A stretch of DNA of 64,000 nt from an uncultured Candidatus Saccharibacteria bacterium. GTDB lineage: Bacteria; Patescibacteriota; Minisyncoccia; Phycocordibacterales; UBA1550. Below the pieces are notes generated by a model that was not told the DNA's origin, made no database searches, and saw only the letters and a list, made by a program, of their open reading frames with translations. The DNA lies in assembly GCA_964457625.1 (NCBI GenBank), contig CAYWES010000003.1, positions 8,013 through 72,012 on the forward strand, read 5' to 3'. This document shows positions 1 to 8,467 of this stretch, piece by piece (position 1 is the first letter of the stretch; every line of letters begins with the position of its first letter). A program made the translations under genes and the position numbers.

Positions 1-753
1 TTCTTCTTCCCCGCGGAGACAATCGCGTACCGAGGATCCACAATACTTACAAACTCGCGCGAGCTTGATGTCTTTGAACCATGGTGTCCGAGTTTCAATA
101 CGGTGGACTGGAGATTCCTACCTGTGGTACCCAAGAGGTATTGCTCAATAGACGCGGGCGCGTCACCCGTGAGAAGAAACGAAACATCTCCGTAGGTGAG
201 CTTTGCAACGATGGAACTCGTGTTGGTGTCCCATCCCGTCGTGTCACGATCGGGAAAAAGAATCTCAAGCACGACATCTTCATCAAGGATAATACGCGTA
301 CCCGTACGCGCGATTACGTGGTGGGCGCTCGCTCTTTCTACTGATTCCATAAACGCACGATATGCTCCCGTGTCGGCGACGGTCTCGGTGGTCATGACAC
401 CATGTACACGAAACCGCTCCATCACGAGAGGAAGTCCGCCCACGTGGTCCTGATCAGGGTGCGTCGCAATGACGATATCGAGCGAACGATCATAAAACGG
501 TATGACGCGCCCGAGTGCACGAAGTACGGCAGGGCCGGGGCCCGCGTCAATCAAGATTTGGTTTCCGTTCGGAGCTTCGATGTATATCGCATCTCCTTGC
601 CCGACATCCAGAAACGCTACCGTGAGAATACCGTTTCGAGATTCTGAAAAAAGAACATATCCGATGACTATCACGCCCACCACGAGGAGTGAGCAAATAA
701 TCCATCGCACGTTTGTGCGTCGAGAATGGAGTGTGTTCGTAATCTCTCTCATA
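1..753 (-). CDS. ComEC C-terminal metallo-beta-lactamase (MBL) domain protein, as a separate ORF whose 3' end runs off the window edge
   Basis: Manual minus-strand translation gives MREITNTLHSRRTNVRWIICSLLVVGVIVIGYVLF (TM helix), then AFLDVGQGDAIYIEAPNGNQILIDAGPGP...IATHPDQDHVGGLP...VLKLGHHGSKTSS. This is the ComEC MBL signature (TM helix followed by FLDVGQGD, and HxHxDH). It is absent from the ORF track, presumably because it has no in-window stop. Confidence 0.65.
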
Positions 754-1391
754 CGTATGGTATGCTTCTCAGTATATCGCAAACATCATCTATGGACACC
801 GTCTCTCTCGAATCCATCATTCTCGCGCTTTCCTATGGAGGAATTTTTCTCCTCATGATTTCAAATGGCGCGGTGAGCTTCCCTTCAAGTCAGGTGCTCT
901 ATATTCTCGTGGGCTACTTCATCGGACAGGGTATTCTCTCTCTTCCTTTCGCTCTCCTCGCGGGAGCAATCGGCAACACCATCGGATGTATCATTCTCTA
1001 CGAACTCGCGCGCTATCGCGGGAGAGCGTTTATCGAACGACTAAAACTTTTTCCTCCGGAACATATTCGACGCGTTGAAACAGCGTTCAAGAAAAAAGGC
1101 GTGTGGTTTGTTTTTGTCGGGAAGCTCCTTCCTGCTATCAAAGTATTCGTACCGATTCCTGCCGGACTCGGTCGCATGCATCGAGGACTTTTTGCCACGA
1201 TTATGTTTGTAACATCCGCACTCTGGGGACTTGGCTTTATCGCGATTGGTTTTGTGTTTGGAAAATCATCTCAGGTGTTTGGCTCGTATGCGCTCATTCT
1301 TCTCGTTGTTGCGATTATCGTTGTGACACTTTTTTACCGCTATCTTCAAAGCGACGAAATCACGAACGATCTTGAAGACGTTCGGTCATAA
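726..1391 (+). CDS. DedA/TVP38 (VTT domain) family membrane protein. A downstream start at about 793 (MDTVSLES...) would avoid the head-to-head overlap with the minus ORF.
   Basis: 221 aa polytopic protein with DedA-like core (ILVGYFIGQG...GKLLPAIKVFVPIPAGL). Confidence 0.7.
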   Translation: MECVRNLSHTYGMLLSISQTSSMDTVSLESIILALSYGGIFLLMISNGAVSFPSSQVLYILVGYFIGQGILSLPFALLAGAIGNTIGCIILYELARYRGRAFIERLKLFPPEHIRRVETAFKKKGVWFVFVGKLLPAIKVFVPIPAGLGRMHRGLFATIMFVTSALWGLGFIAIGFVFGKSSQVFGSYALILLVVAIIVVTLFYRYLQSDEITNDLEDVRS

Positions 1392-2883
1392 TCGTTGCGC
1401 GAAACCGCGGACGCTTTCGGATGACGACAAACGCGAGGACTGCATACATCGCCATCATTCCCCAAAAAGAAAACGACACGCCTGAAATGGCGGCGAGAGG
1501 AATCTCGGAAAAAATTTCTACGACACCGATGATGTACGCAAGCGAAAGGTACGATACTCCGGAGAGAATGCTCCCCACAATCGGCACGCTCCCAAAGATC
1601 AAGACGAGTGCCACTGACGCCATTGCGACAGGCATCATCGGAAGCACCAAAAGGTTTGCGAGAAATCCGATAACCGATGTGTTGCCCATGGAATAGAGAA
1701 TGAGTGGGGCAACCCAGAGTTGCGCGGAGAGTGTCGCGGTAGATATCTCGCGCAGAATTGATGACTTTATAAACGAAAAGAACGGATCAATGATCGGCAC
1801 AAATACGATGAGAGAAAGTGTTGCGATGAAGGAGAGCTGAAAGGAAAGATCGTGGAGAAGAATAGCGGGGTTCATCATCACCATGATGAATGCTGCGAGC
1901 AGTAGGGCGCGAAGCGCATGCGCTTCGCGCCCTACTGCTCGCGCCACAAGAACCGCGAGGACCATGATTGTCGCACGTACAACAGTCGCGCCTCCTCCCA
2001 CCATAATGGCAAAAAGAATCACCGCGACGACACTCGCGACAAACCGCACGCGCGGCGGCAACCCGGACATGAGGAGTACGATGGCGGTCGCGATAATCGC
2101 CACATTGTATCCCGAGAGTACTACGATATGAATCAGCCCCGTGACACGAAATTTTTCAAGAAGCGTCTCTCCGAGTGACTGTTTTGCCCCGAGGAGAATA
2201 CCTCCCGCGAGCGATGCTTCCGGCTCAGAAATATTTTTTGCGATGGTTTTTAAAAAATGAGTCTTGAGAGAAGAGAGGCTCCTCTTTATGATATTCCCTC
2301 CTCCGTGGGTAACATTATCCACGCTGGGAAAAAACATTTGGTAGTAGATGGCGTCTTTTGCAAGATACCCCTGATAGTCAAACACGTTACCCGTATCCTC
2401 TGATACAAAATTTTTGGGCGCGATAAGTGTGCCGGTAATTTCCATCTGATCCCCATAGAAAAACTCCGGATAGTGCGGAACACGGACAAGTACGCGCACC
2501 GTATAAGGTGACACAAAACGCTCTCCATCATAAAGGACATAGTCCACGTCAAAGACGAGATTGGTGTATCGTTCACGCACATCGGGGTCACTGGTCACGA
2601 GCCCCGCAATGGTTACACGCTCTTCAAGAAACACATCCAGAACATGCGCGTCGTGCCTCATTTCGTGCCACAGAACGCGCATAATACCGAGCGCGCAACA
2701 CAAAAGGAGGAATGAAACAAAAAGCACACGCGGTGCTCCGCGTGTGCGATAGACTAAAAAGAGGAGCGTCCCCGCCAAAAGGAGAAGGAGTATCGCAAAC
2801 CAAACGCCCCACGAGAGTGATGTTTCAACGAGAACTCCCGCGAGAACAGAGAGAATACCTCCGAAGAAAAATATTCCCGACAT
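1360..2883 (-). CDS. comEC: ComEC/Rec2 N-terminal part (DUF4131 plus competence domain) with no MBL domain in the same ORF
   Basis: 507 aa. It has N-terminal TM helices, an OB-like soluble segment, then a TM-rich competence domain (GLIHIVVLSGYNVAII...). A clean stop follows the last TM helix. Confidence 0.75.
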   Translation of the reverse strand: MSGIFFFGGILSVLAGVLVETSLSWGVWFAILLLLLAGTLLFLVYRTRGAPRVLFVSFLLLCCALGIMRVLWHEMRHDAHVLDVFLEERVTIAGLVTSDPDVRERYTNLVFDVDYVLYDGERFVSPYTVRVLVRVPHYPEFFYGDQMEITGTLIAPKNFVSEDTGNVFDYQGYLAKDAIYYQMFFPSVDNVTHGGGNIIKRSLSSLKTHFLKTIAKNISEPEASLAGGILLGAKQSLGETLLEKFRVTGLIHIVVLSGYNVAIIATAIVLLMSGLPPRVRFVASVVAVILFAIMVGGGATVVRATIMVLAVLVARAVGREAHALRALLLAAFIMVMMNPAILLHDLSFQLSFIATLSLIVFVPIIDPFFSFIKSSILREISTATLSAQLWVAPLILYSMGNTSVIGFLANLLVLPMMPVAMASVALVLIFGSVPIVGSILSGVSYLSLAYIIGVVEIFSEIPLAAISGVSFSFWGMMAMYAVLAFVVIRKRPRFRATIMTERLQDRS

Positions 2884-2909
2884 GTTACCGCGTACTCATA
2901 AAGGACAGA

Positions 2910-3632
2910 TCAGAGTCCCCACGAAGCAATGACTGCTTTCTCATCATCGGCACTGTGTGTCTTTTTAAATTTTGCTCCGGGAGCACCCTTTACCACGCGC
3001 TCGCATTCAGCCCATGTCGCATGCTTCGTCAAAACACCACCCACGAGACTGAGGTATGAATACGCCTTCGCGGACTTCGGAGTTTTTTTCTTTGCATGAG
3101 GAGGAAGGTTTGGCGTGGTGAGTTCAAGAGACACGGGGTACGTCGCGCGCGCTGCATTAAAAAGCTCCGGAGTGTTGCCATCCGCATACGTGGTCGCGAT
3201 TTCATCAGCGCGCTCATTACCGGGAATCCCCGCATGCCCTCGCGCGTAGGTCCAAGAGATTTTTGAGCCACTCATCTCAAGATCCGAAACAACGCGCACG
3301 AGCTCTTCCCAGAGTTCACGATTGAGGACCGGTTCTTTTTGATTATTGCGCCATCCGTTTTTTTGCCATCCAAACACCCACGAGGTAATCCCGTTGATGG
3401 TGTATTTTGAATCGGGACGCATATCAATCTGGAACGCATCTCCGAGGTCACGCACAAACCCAAGCGCGCGAATAGCCGCGACAAGCTCCATGCGATTGTT
3501 CGTCGTATGTGCCTCGCGACCACCAAGCTCAGTCACATGGTCAGGCGTTGCGACCAACGCACCCCATCCACCGGGACCCGGATTGCCACGACATGATCCG
3601 TCGGTATAAATAATAATGTGTGGAAGACTCAT
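2910..3632 (-). CDS. rnhA: Ribonuclease HI with a C-terminal hybrid-binding-domain-like extension
   Basis: The RNase H fold motifs are present (IYTDGSCRGNPGPGGWGA...ELVAAIRAL...TDS). The C-terminal roughly 60 aa (YSYLSLVGG..TWAECERVVKGAPGAKFKKTHSADDEKA) resemble the RNase H1 HBD / caulimovirus-VI domain. The start was moved to the internal Met (MSLPHIII) to avoid overlapping the recJ stop. Confidence 0.8.
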   Translation of the reverse strand: MSLPHIIIYTDGSCRGNPGPGGWGALVATPDHVTELGGREAHTTNNRMELVAAIRALGFVRDLGDAFQIDMRPDSKYTINGITSWVFGWQKNGWRNNQKEPVLNRELWEELVRVVSDLEMSGSKISWTYARGHAGIPGNERADEIATTYADGNTPELFNAARATYPVSLELTTPNLPPHAKKKTPKSAKAYSYLSLVGGVLTKHATWAECERVVKGAPGAKFKKTHSADDEKAVIASWGL

Positions 3633-3642
3633 GTATTCTAGT

Positions 3643-5325
3643 CTATCGCCTTTTCTCAATACTCACAATACGGAGGCGAAGTTCTCTCCGTCCGCGAAAA
3701 CGACTTTCTTCAAACGTCGCAATGAGGTCCGCACGGTCGCCCTCATGAAGCTCTGAAAATGTTTTTTCATCGGCAAAGAACGCAATTGCTTTGACCGATG
3801 ATCCTGCAAAGGTGAGCTCGCGATGTTCTTTTGTTTTTCCGAAGGTATTATTTTTCGCGATGACAACATCTTCAAATAAAAATGTTGGCTTGGCATTTCC
3901 CATACCAAACGGCGCAAAGCGTTCCACGATATTCCACGTCGACCATGTCACCTCTCTCAGAGAAAGCGTAGCGTCGGTAAAAATTTCTTGATCTTCTTTT
4001 TCTCTGCGGAGTCCCTCATACGCGCACGCGAGTTCTTCTTCAAGAAAATGTATCTGGTCGTGTGAAATAGAAAACCCTCCCGAGAGTTCATGCCCTCCTT
4101 TGTGCAAAAAAATTTCTTCACGAACACTCGTCATGAGGGTCACAAGATTTACCGTACCGTCTGACCGACACGAACCCTTGAGCGTGCCATCGTCCGCGCG
4201 CCCCCAGACGAAGACGGTGCGCTCGTAGTGCTCCGCGAGATTCCCCGCGACGAGACCCGCGAGACCCGGACGCCATGAAGGATTCCCGATGACGATAACC
4301 GCACTGAGAGAACTCTCAACAGCGCGCGCATCCAGATGCTTGCGCGCATCTTTTACCATACTCGCGACGAGCGTCTTTCTCGTGTCATTCAACTGCGTGA
4401 GATGCTTCGCGAGCTCTTCGGCGCGCGCGACGTCATCCGTCGCAAGGAGCTCAAACCCTTCAAACGGTATGGACATGCGACTCGCAGCATTGATACGCGG
4501 AGCAATCATAAATCCGATATCGTCTTCGGTGAGGTACTCCTGTTGCGTACCCATTTTTGAGAGAAGCTTTTTCAATCCCGGACGTTTTGATTTGCGGAGC
4601 ACCTTGAGACCGTAGTACGCGAGCACGCGATTTTCATCACGAAGCGGTACCATGTCGGCAATGGTGGACAGCCCCGCCATATCGAGAAGCCACTTCTCCC
4701 ATCCGCGCGGTATGTCCCATCGCGCTCTCCCCTTTTCAAGAATCGCGCACGAGAGTTTCCACGCTACCGCGGCACCACAGAGCATGGGGTCAGGATAGGT
4801 ATCGTCTACTTGTTTTGAATTGATAATCGCGTACGCGTCGGGGAGAATCTCCTGAGGTAAGTGGTGGTCGGTAATAATCACATCAATACCGAGCTCGCGT
4901 GCTCGCGCCACTTGAGCGACATCCGTAATCCCGCAATCAACCGTGATGAGGAGCTTCACGCCATCCTGCGCGAATTGTTCAATCGCGGGGATATTCAACC
5001 CATACCCTTCATTGTGACGGTGAGGAATATAGTTTCTCACGTTGCGGTAGCCTATTTTTTTGAACAAATCATGGAGGACGACTGAGCCCGGAATACCGTC
5101 ACAATCATAATCGCCATAGATAATGATAGACTCCCCGCCATCTATCGCGGTGAAAATCCTCTCAACGGCGCGATCCATATTGAGAATGAGAAAGGGATCG
5201 TAGATATGGTTTTCATAGCTCGGGTTGAGAAACGCTTCAGCTTCCTCCCGCGTTTCTATTCCCCTATTCTTGAGGAGCGTCTGCGCGAGAGGAGGATATT
5301 CAGATAGTTCTTGATCGGGGGTCAT
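3643..5325 (-). CDS. recJ: Single-stranded-DNA-specific exonuclease RecJ (DHH/DHHA1)
   Basis: 560 aa with DHH motifs (IIIYGDYDCDGIPGSVVL, ITDHH) and a C-terminal OB-like region. Confidence 0.85.
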   Translation of the reverse strand: MTPDQELSEYPPLAQTLLKNRGIETREEAEAFLNPSYENHIYDPFLILNMDRAVERIFTAIDGGESIIIYGDYDCDGIPGSVVLHDLFKKIGYRNVRNYIPHRHNEGYGLNIPAIEQFAQDGVKLLITVDCGITDVAQVARARELGIDVIITDHHLPQEILPDAYAIINSKQVDDTYPDPMLCGAAVAWKLSCAILEKGRARWDIPRGWEKWLLDMAGLSTIADMVPLRDENRVLAYYGLKVLRKSKRPGLKKLLSKMGTQQEYLTEDDIGFMIAPRINAASRMSIPFEGFELLATDDVARAEELAKHLTQLNDTRKTLVASMVKDARKHLDARAVESSLSAVIVIGNPSWRPGLAGLVAGNLAEHYERTVFVWGRADDGTLKGSCRSDGTVNLVTLMTSVREEIFLHKGGHELSGGFSISHDQIHFLEEELACAYEGLRREKEDQEIFTDATLSLREVTWSTWNIVERFAPFGMGNAKPTFLFEDVVIAKNNTFGKTKEHRELTFAGSSVKAIAFFADEKTFSELHEGDRADLIATFEESRFRGRRELRLRIVSIEKRR

Positions 5326-5397
5326 TGTTTCGGTATTCTAGCATATTTCCGATGAGAGCCTTTGAGAAGTGCGTGGTTTTATATACTATAGGTATAT

Positions 5398-5811
5398 ATG
5401 AATCCTGACTGCATTTTTTGTAAGATTGTCGCCAAAGAAGTCCCCGTACACGCCATCTATGAAGATGAGGTTTGCTACGCGTTTCTCGACGCGCATCCGG
5501 TAACCCGCGGGCATACCTTACTCATTCCTAAAGCACACACGCGAAATCTTTTTGATACTCCCGATGAGACCCTTGCGCACCTCTTTCCTATCGCAAAACG
5601 TATTGCAAACATTATTAAACAAACGGTAGGTGCCGGTGGCATCAATATTCACATGAATAACGAACCTTCCGCGGGGCAAATTGTTTTTCATACACACATA
5701 CACATTATTCCTCGCTTTGAAGGTGACGGATTAACCCACTGGAAAGGGGCGCAAGAGTTTTCTGCGGAGGAGCAAGTAGTGCTCACAAAGGAGATTCAAA
5801 AAGGGTTTTAA
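5398..5811 (+). CDS. HIT family (histidine triad) protein
   Basis: 137 aa with the HTHIHIIPR histidine triad. Confidence 0.85.
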   Translation: MNPDCIFCKIVAKEVPVHAIYEDEVCYAFLDAHPVTRGHTLLIPKAHTRNLFDTPDETLAHLFPIAKRIANIIKQTVGAGGINIHMNNEPSAGQIVFHTHIHIIPRFEGDGLTHWKGAQEFSAEEQVVLTKEIQKGF

Positions 5812-5893
5812 GTATCAAACGAACCCCCCCCCCCAGCGGATTGTCAAATTTTCTCCTGCATAGGGTTACCCTATGGAGAGGGAGACGAAGACA

Positions 5894-5982
5894 AGGTGTT
5901 TTCAAGTGCCTCGTCGCAGCCTGACGAGGCGAGCGGAGCAATTTTTCAGCAGAAAAATATGCGTGCACTTGAAAACACCTTG
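5894..5982. repeat. Structured inverted-repeat element: 17-bp perfect arms (AAGGTGTTTTCAAGTGC / GCACTTGAAAACACCTT) enclosing two smaller hairpins
   Basis: Seen directly in the HIT-mscL intergenic region. It is preceded by a C11 tract (5824-5834) and a 19-bp palindrome (CATAGGGTTACCCTATG, about 5858-5876). Confidence 0.4.
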
Positions 5983-6036
5983 CGGAGTCTCACGAAGGTT
6001 ATATGTTTGGCGGGAAGGGATTGTGGTGTTTAATAC

Positions 6037-6076
6037 AAAATCCCCCGCGAAGGGCTTGCCCTTCGCGGGGGATTTT
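6037..6076. terminator. Bidirectional rho-independent terminator between HIT(+) and mscL(-)
   Basis: AAAATCCCCCGCGAAGGGC-TTGC-CCTTCGCGGGGGATTTT: a GC stem flanked by A and T runs. Confidence 0.75.
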
Positions 6077-6096
6077 GAGAGATGACACGCGAGAAT

Positions 6097-6474
6097 CTAC
6101 TTCTTCAAGAGGTCGCGAATCTCGGTGAGGAGTTTAATATCTTCGGCAGGACCTTTTGCTTTTTCGGTCGCTGCTTCTTTGTGTCGCAACCTATTGATGA
6201 CGCGCACGACGACAAAGAGTGCAAATGCAACGATTAAGAAACTCAATGTTGCTTGTATAAACTTGCCGTATGCAATGGTTGCTCCGCCGAGCGTGTACGA
6301 GAGGCCCGAGAAATCAAGACCACCTGTGATAACCCCGACAACGGGCATCAAAATATCACCAACAAGCGAATTTACAATCGTCGTAAACGCACCACCAATA
6401 ACAATACCAACGGCAAGATCGATGACGCTCCCGCGCATCGCAAATGCCTTGAACTCCTGAAGAATGTTTTTCAT
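6097..6474 (-). CDS. mscL: Large-conductance mechanosensitive channel MscL
   Basis: 125 aa; [18 protein letters not shown]...GDILMP, the typical MscL N-terminus, with two TM helices. Confidence 0.9.
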   Translation of the reverse strand: MKNILQEFKAFAMRGSVIDLAVGIVIGGAFTTIVNSLVGDILMPVVGVITGGLDFSGLSYTLGGATIAYGKFIQATLSFLIVAFALFVVVRVINRLRHKEAATEKAKGPAEDIKLLTEIRDLLKK

Positions 6475-6486
6475 AAAAAATTATTA

Positions 6487-7641
6487 TTAACGCTGTTTTG
6501 AACTAAGAATCGCATCTACCCCGGGGAGCTTCCCCGCTGACAAAAAATCAAGCGTGGCGCCACCACCCGTGGACACAAAAGAGAGCTTGTCTCCGAGAGA
6601 GAGACTCTCCACGAGTACCGCCGTATCACCTCCCCCGATGATACTCCGTGCCTTGCTCTCCGCGAGAATTTCCAAGAGCACGCTCGTCGCCTTGTCATAC
6701 CCTCCTTCATAATATCCGAGCGGACCATTCCACACAACGAGCTTGGCGCTTCGGACGAGGGGCGAGAGATGTTTGATTGTTTCCGGCCCGAGGTCAACAA
6801 TCTTGTCTCCTTTTTCCACGAGGTCTATCGCGCGCACAAACTTTTTCTTCCCCTGCTCCACAAGGACATCAGTCGGGAGAAGAATCTTTTTTGTCTTGAG
6901 AAGTTTCGCGAGAGAACCTTTTGGATATACATCAACAACCGATGCGCCCACTTCGTATCCCATGTCCTTTAAAAAATTATTGGCGAGCACGCCTCCCACG
7001 ACGACATAATCCGCGAGAGACAAAAACTTTTTCATGAGGGGCGCCTTGGTGGGAAACTTCGCGCCACCGAGTATAAATACAAAAGGATGCTCCGGAGTGA
7101 GCGCGCGTGAAAGCTCTTTGACTTCCTCCGCGACCAAAAATCCGACGTATGAGGGGAGATATCGGGGGATACCCACAACGGTCGCGTGCTTGCGATGACT
7201 CACCCCAAAGGCGTCGTTCACATAGACATCCCCGAGCGACGCAAGCGCACGGGCAAATGATGTGTCATTGGAAATCTCGCGAGGATCCGTGCGGGTGTTT
7301 TCGCAGAGCATCACACCCCCCTCGGGAAGTCGCTCCACGATCTCCTTGAGGCGCTCCGTATCAATATGAGGGACAAATCCTATGGAGAGTTTTTTCTCCA
7401 AATAGCGCGCAACGGGCTTCAAGCTTGTGGTGCCATCATTTCCTATGTGTGAAAGGAGAATAACCTTCGCCTTCTTTTTTACCAGATACTCAATCGTAGG
7501 GAGCGCGCGGGCTATGCGCATTGGCTCAAGAATTTTTCCATTCTTTGTGGGAACATTAAAATCAACACGCACAATCACCCGCTTCCCCTTGAGCGACTTG
7601 ATATCTCGTATGGTGGGCAAATGATTATAGGGATTTTTCAT
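6487..7641 (-). CDS. pgk: Phosphoglycerate kinase
   Basis: 384 aa; the PGK motifs (VRVDFNVP, GGGDT) and the two-lobe architecture are present. Confidence 0.9.
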   Translation of the reverse strand: MKNPYNHLPTIRDIKSLKGKRVIVRVDFNVPTKNGKILEPMRIARALPTIEYLVKKKAKVILLSHIGNDGTTSLKPVARYLEKKLSIGFVPHIDTERLKEIVERLPEGGVMLCENTRTDPREISNDTSFARALASLGDVYVNDAFGVSHRKHATVVGIPRYLPSYVGFLVAEEVKELSRALTPEHPFVFILGGAKFPTKAPLMKKFLSLADYVVVGGVLANNFLKDMGYEVGASVVDVYPKGSLAKLLKTKKILLPTDVLVEQGKKKFVRAIDLVEKGDKIVDLGPETIKHLSPLVRSAKLVVWNGPLGYYEGGYDKATSVLLEILAESKARSIIGGGDTAVLVESLSLGDKLSFVSTGGGATLDFLSAGKLPGVDAILSSKQR

Positions 7642-8411
7642 TATGAACGTTTTACTTCATTCGCGAGGGAGAGGATTGTAGAAAAAGCATTTGCGTTTAG
7701 GCTCGCGCGTCCGACCAAAAGCCCATCCACCTGCGCGTGAGCCAGAAAGCTTTTTGAGTTTTTTTCATCGACAGAACCTCCATAGAGAACGCGTACACCC
7801 TCGCTTGCTTTGTTTCCATACAAGTCCGCGAGAACACGGCGTATCATGATAGACACCTCAAGCGCGTCCTCCGGAGAAGCGGGGCGCATAGCGTCTTTGC
7901 CAATAGCCCAAATAGGCTCATACGCGATCACGAGTCGTTCCAAATCTTTTTTCGCGACATCGAGGAGACACGCTTTGAGTTGCGCTTCTATGTGCTTCAA
8001 GTAGCGCCCATCATGATCTCGAGAGGACTCTCCCACGCACAACACGGGACTTCCTCCCGCCTTGAGTACGGCGCGGAGTTTCGCGTTGATGAGCTCATCC
8101 GTCTCTCCGCGCGCGCGACGCTCTGAATGCCCGACGATACTATACGTCACACCGAGTGACGCGAGCTGAAGCGCGGAGACTTCCCCCGTGTGAGCACCTT
8201 CGTCAGAAGTCCCGGCGTCTTGCGCGCCCAACACCACGCGATGCCCCGTGACTTGGCGCGCGAGGTCACCGATAAAAGGAAACGGAGGGCATACCACGGT
8301 CTGTACATTGCGAAGGGTGTTGCCACTCGCGCGTATTGATGAAAAGATCTTGCGCGCTTCCTGAATGTTTTTTGGATACATCTTCCAGTTGCCGATGATA
8401 AGTGTTTTCAT
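7641..8411 (-). CDS. tpiA: Triosephosphate isomerase
   Basis: 256 aa with IIGNWKM, VGHSERR and AYEPIWAIG motifs. There is a 1-nt ATGA overlap with the pgk stop. Confidence 0.9.
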   Translation of the reverse strand: MKTLIIGNWKMYPKNIQEARKIFSSIRASGNTLRNVQTVVCPPFPFIGDLARQVTGHRVVLGAQDAGTSDEGAHTGEVSALQLASLGVTYSIVGHSERRARGETDELINAKLRAVLKAGGSPVLCVGESSRDHDGRYLKHIEAQLKACLLDVAKKDLERLVIAYEPIWAIGKDAMRPASPEDALEVSIMIRRVLADLYGNKASEGVRVLYGGSVDEKNSKSFLAHAQVDGLLVGRASLNANAFSTILSLANEVKRS

Positions 8412-8467
8412 GAGGCAATAATAGCATATTTCTCACATGCACGTACTTCTCCCATGCGTTTGAGAAA

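Noticed and set aside
81-647. Several 60-120-aa ORFs on both strands (81..344, 95..286, 196..453, 402..647, 502..858)
   Set aside because: All lie inside or antisense to the long edge-truncated minus-strand ORF encoding the ComEC MBL domain, which has clear family motifs.
5873-6085. 70-aa plus-strand ORF in the HIT-mscL spacer
   Set aside because: It coincides exactly with the inverted-repeat and hairpin cluster and the terminator. The reading frame is an artefact of palindromic sequence.
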